From the NCBI GenBank assembly GCA_965153285.1, contig OZ229121.1: 64,000 nucleotides of DNA. One strand, given 5' to 3'. Positions 61,280-64,000 of the stretch are shown in pieces. Both the position numbers and the translations under genes were made by a program. The notes beneath the pieces were generated by a model. It had not been told where the DNA came from. It ran no database searches and saw nothing but the letters and a program-made list of their open reading frames with translations. The stretch comes from Podarcis tiliguerta. Its lineage: Eukaryota. Each line of letters opens with the position of its first letter. The first letter of the stretch is position 1.

Positions 61280-64000
61280 TTGGGGGGGGGGTAGAGAAAA
61301 TAATGCCCATTTCCTCCCATCGTTCCTGATCTAAGTAAACCGATTTCATTCCTCTGCTCAGCTGAATGAAGAATCTCTGGCTTTGTTTCAGACAAAAAAA
61401 TAATCAGCTTTTATGCTTCCTTTTGCTGATTGGATTCACAAATACGAACGATGTACATGTTAATAAAGCAGGAAAGCTGAATAAAAATAACAACTGACCT
61501 GATAGCTAGGGTGTGTCTTAGGAAATTTGGAGTCTCCTATGGACTCCTAGGGAACACCTAACCTTCCCGTTAAAAAGAAGGGGGACTTAAAAGTGTTTGG
61601 CTTTCACTAGATTTGGTTCTTTATTTTGACTTTTCCTTCATTGTTTGTCTGCAGAGGAGTGGAACTTGGCAAAATTATGATGCAAAGTATGCATCCGGAC
61701 AGTTAATCGTCCCTTTAAACAGCTGGATTCAGCTTCAATCGGTTCATTGGAAATAAATCGGTTTCTTTGGTCACATTTAACCGTGTTATGACACGAGGCG
61801 ACAAAAAGAGGCTGGAGATGTACAACGTAGTCACTTGTGAGAAGATAAAATCTAAGACCTTCGCTTTGAGAAGGCACCGAGTGCCATGCTCTTGAATCCA
61901 TTATTTTGTGAAGATGGTGAACCAAACCGCTCTTTTGCTTTCTGAACAGCACTGGAGAGGGAGAGAAAGAGAGAGAGAAGGATAACGACCCGATTCTTTC
62001 ACTGAGCAAAATAAAATCGATGCCGCTCCTTGGGAAAGGGCCGCCATAAAGTTGGGGAACGTCTAGAAGCGAATGGGGGTCACCCGGTCCGAGCAGAGGC
62101 GCCGGGCCTTGAGCAGCAGGCGGGTTCTGTCGATACTACTGAACTGCGGCTGGGGTCGATACAGTAGGTTTGCCTTGGCAGGGCGAAGAACTTATCAATA
62201 GGGATTACGATCAAGTGTGTGGCGAGGTAATAAGGACGACTCTGTTGGAGCGCGGGCTATCAAACGGCAACCCTCACTCCAGCTCCCCCCACCCCACCCG
62301 CGATGGGGTGTGCACACCCAGAGACCTATGAATATTGGATGTCTGCTACATTCAGCCCGGCTGCTCTTACTTGCAGGACTCTTGTTGGGGCAGAATTTTT
62401 CATCAACCGGCTGATGACATTTTTCATTTCTTGCTGCCTCTTATGGGGAAGGAGGCGCGCGGAAACCCACACAATTCAGGGACCCAAGGGGCAAAGTTTG
62501 GATTCCCGAAGTTTTTTTTTAATTGCCCATTTTAATATTTATTTTTAAAAGAACTGATTCCACCAAATACTCTGCTTTTTCCATCATTAAAGTGTCTGAA
62601 CCTTTCACATTGCCACACCAGCTTGCCCTTGCGCGCGAGGGAGGGGGATTGAGCGCATCTAGGAGGAATCCCTTTTGAAACCGCATCCAAGCCACTTCCC
62701 CTGGGTAGTCTAAAAGGGGCCGGGGAAGTCGCTCATTGAATATGCACTGTAAAAGTTTAACCGTGGTTGCAGCCGTGGGTTCAAAATTGCAAAGTTAAAT
62801 ATTTGTTTTTAATTTTCTGGCTCAGAAATTTTAACTACCAGTCAGGGTTCCTCCTGCGGCTGCTCTAATGGGCTTGCATAAATAGTTTTGTTATTACCAC
62901 TTGTCTGCTAAAACAACATTGGCTTCGCATCCTGACACATCGTATTTAAAATCCTGGCAGCCGGGAGAAATCTCTCATCTCGGGTGTGCGTGTGTGTCGC
63001 GGGGTGGGGGGAAGAATGGAAATGAACTTGCTTCCGCATTGAGGGCGGAGGAGGGGAAGAAAGCTAGGTTGATAAATTTATATAGCCAGTCCGAAAAATT
63101 AACAAAACACACCGCTTCTATTAGTTTTTAATTAGGGTTTGTGATTTTCGACATGTTTAAAGGACAAGACTGTGTGCTTATGGAGAAATATTTCAGCAGG
63201 AAATTTATTTGATTAAATATATCTGCTGAGGGGTGAGATCCTGACCAATTGAAATGGAAATAGGCAGGGGCGACTTCCGCTGTATCCAGTGGGGCTCAGA
63301 TTACACCGAATAAAGGCAGTCTTTTAAAACATTTTAGAGCGGTTGTCGAACGCCTAAATTCACTATTAGAAATCGCCAAAAAGGCACTCTCATTCCACCG
63401 GCGTTTTAGGCGAACTCTTCTAACTGTCCCTCCTGGGCAAATATGGGCTCTATCCTTAAGACATTACTTAAACGCTTTGTTTGAATTTCGGAACGAATCT
63501 AGTGTGCACAAGAGGCATGGGAAATGTGAGGTTTTGGCTTTGGCATTGTATTGCCATTAGAGATGCTTGTGGACAGGTTCTCAACTCAGGGGAGATATCC
63601 TCCTCCAGGGCGTGGGCGCCCTTCGGACAAGAAATGGAGCTGCTCACGAGTAATTCCGGTTGAATTGTGCCCCTGGCCAATGGCAAAAATCTCCCTCCGA
63701 TAGGAATGGGCCGCGGCTGCACACTTGATTATTAAACTTAGCTACAATATATATACATTTCAAAGCAACAAAATCGTTTACTGTGTACTCAAACAACCAT
63801 TGTACAGTAGTAGAAGTTTCCACTGGGAAGCAACCAACTCCTCTCCAAATCACTCCTTCCAAGGCTTGCGCTTCGTTGAACCAAAGAAAATTACAGTTGA
63901 CTGGCCTTGCTTCGGATGGCGCTGTTGGCACTTTCCAGAGGCCCCGGGCTTTGGGGCGGAATCTGGCACGCACCAACTGTATGTCTGTATACCTCAAGCC

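Noticed and set aside
56187-63997. Numerous 60-145 aa ORFs in the distal GC-rich region
   Set aside because: They overlap on both strands, mostly have non-ATG starts and low-complexity composition, and show no domain or exon structure.

Overview
Vertebrate genomic DNA, most likely from a lacertid lizard, judged by two full-length Sauria/Squam1-type SINEs with (ACCTTT) tails plus squamate-style CR1, L2, L1 and MITE fragments. The only protein-coding gene I can support is the homeobox gene engrailed-2 (EN2) on the minus strand. It has two coding exons (10436..9836 and 7103..6787, 305 aa) separated by a 2732-bp phase-1 GT-AG intron, followed by a long AU-rich 3' UTR running toward ~4.1-4.6 kb. 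Exon 1 contains a pure (CAG)10 polyglutamine tract. The rest of the window is non-coding upstream regulatory landscape in three compositional domains: CpG-retaining (~1-25.7 kb, around EN2), CpG-depleted and transposon-rich (~25.7-56 kb), and a second CpG-rich domain with orphan CpG islands (~56-64 kb). The most unusual pattern is a ~85-bp palindromic mini-element, about two dozen degenerate copies by eye, that appears concentrated in the CpG-retaining domains where larger transposons are scarce. There is one 134-N assembly gap. I cannot establish a new biological system from sequence alone. The findings are hypotheses, and all other ORFs in the track look spurious.
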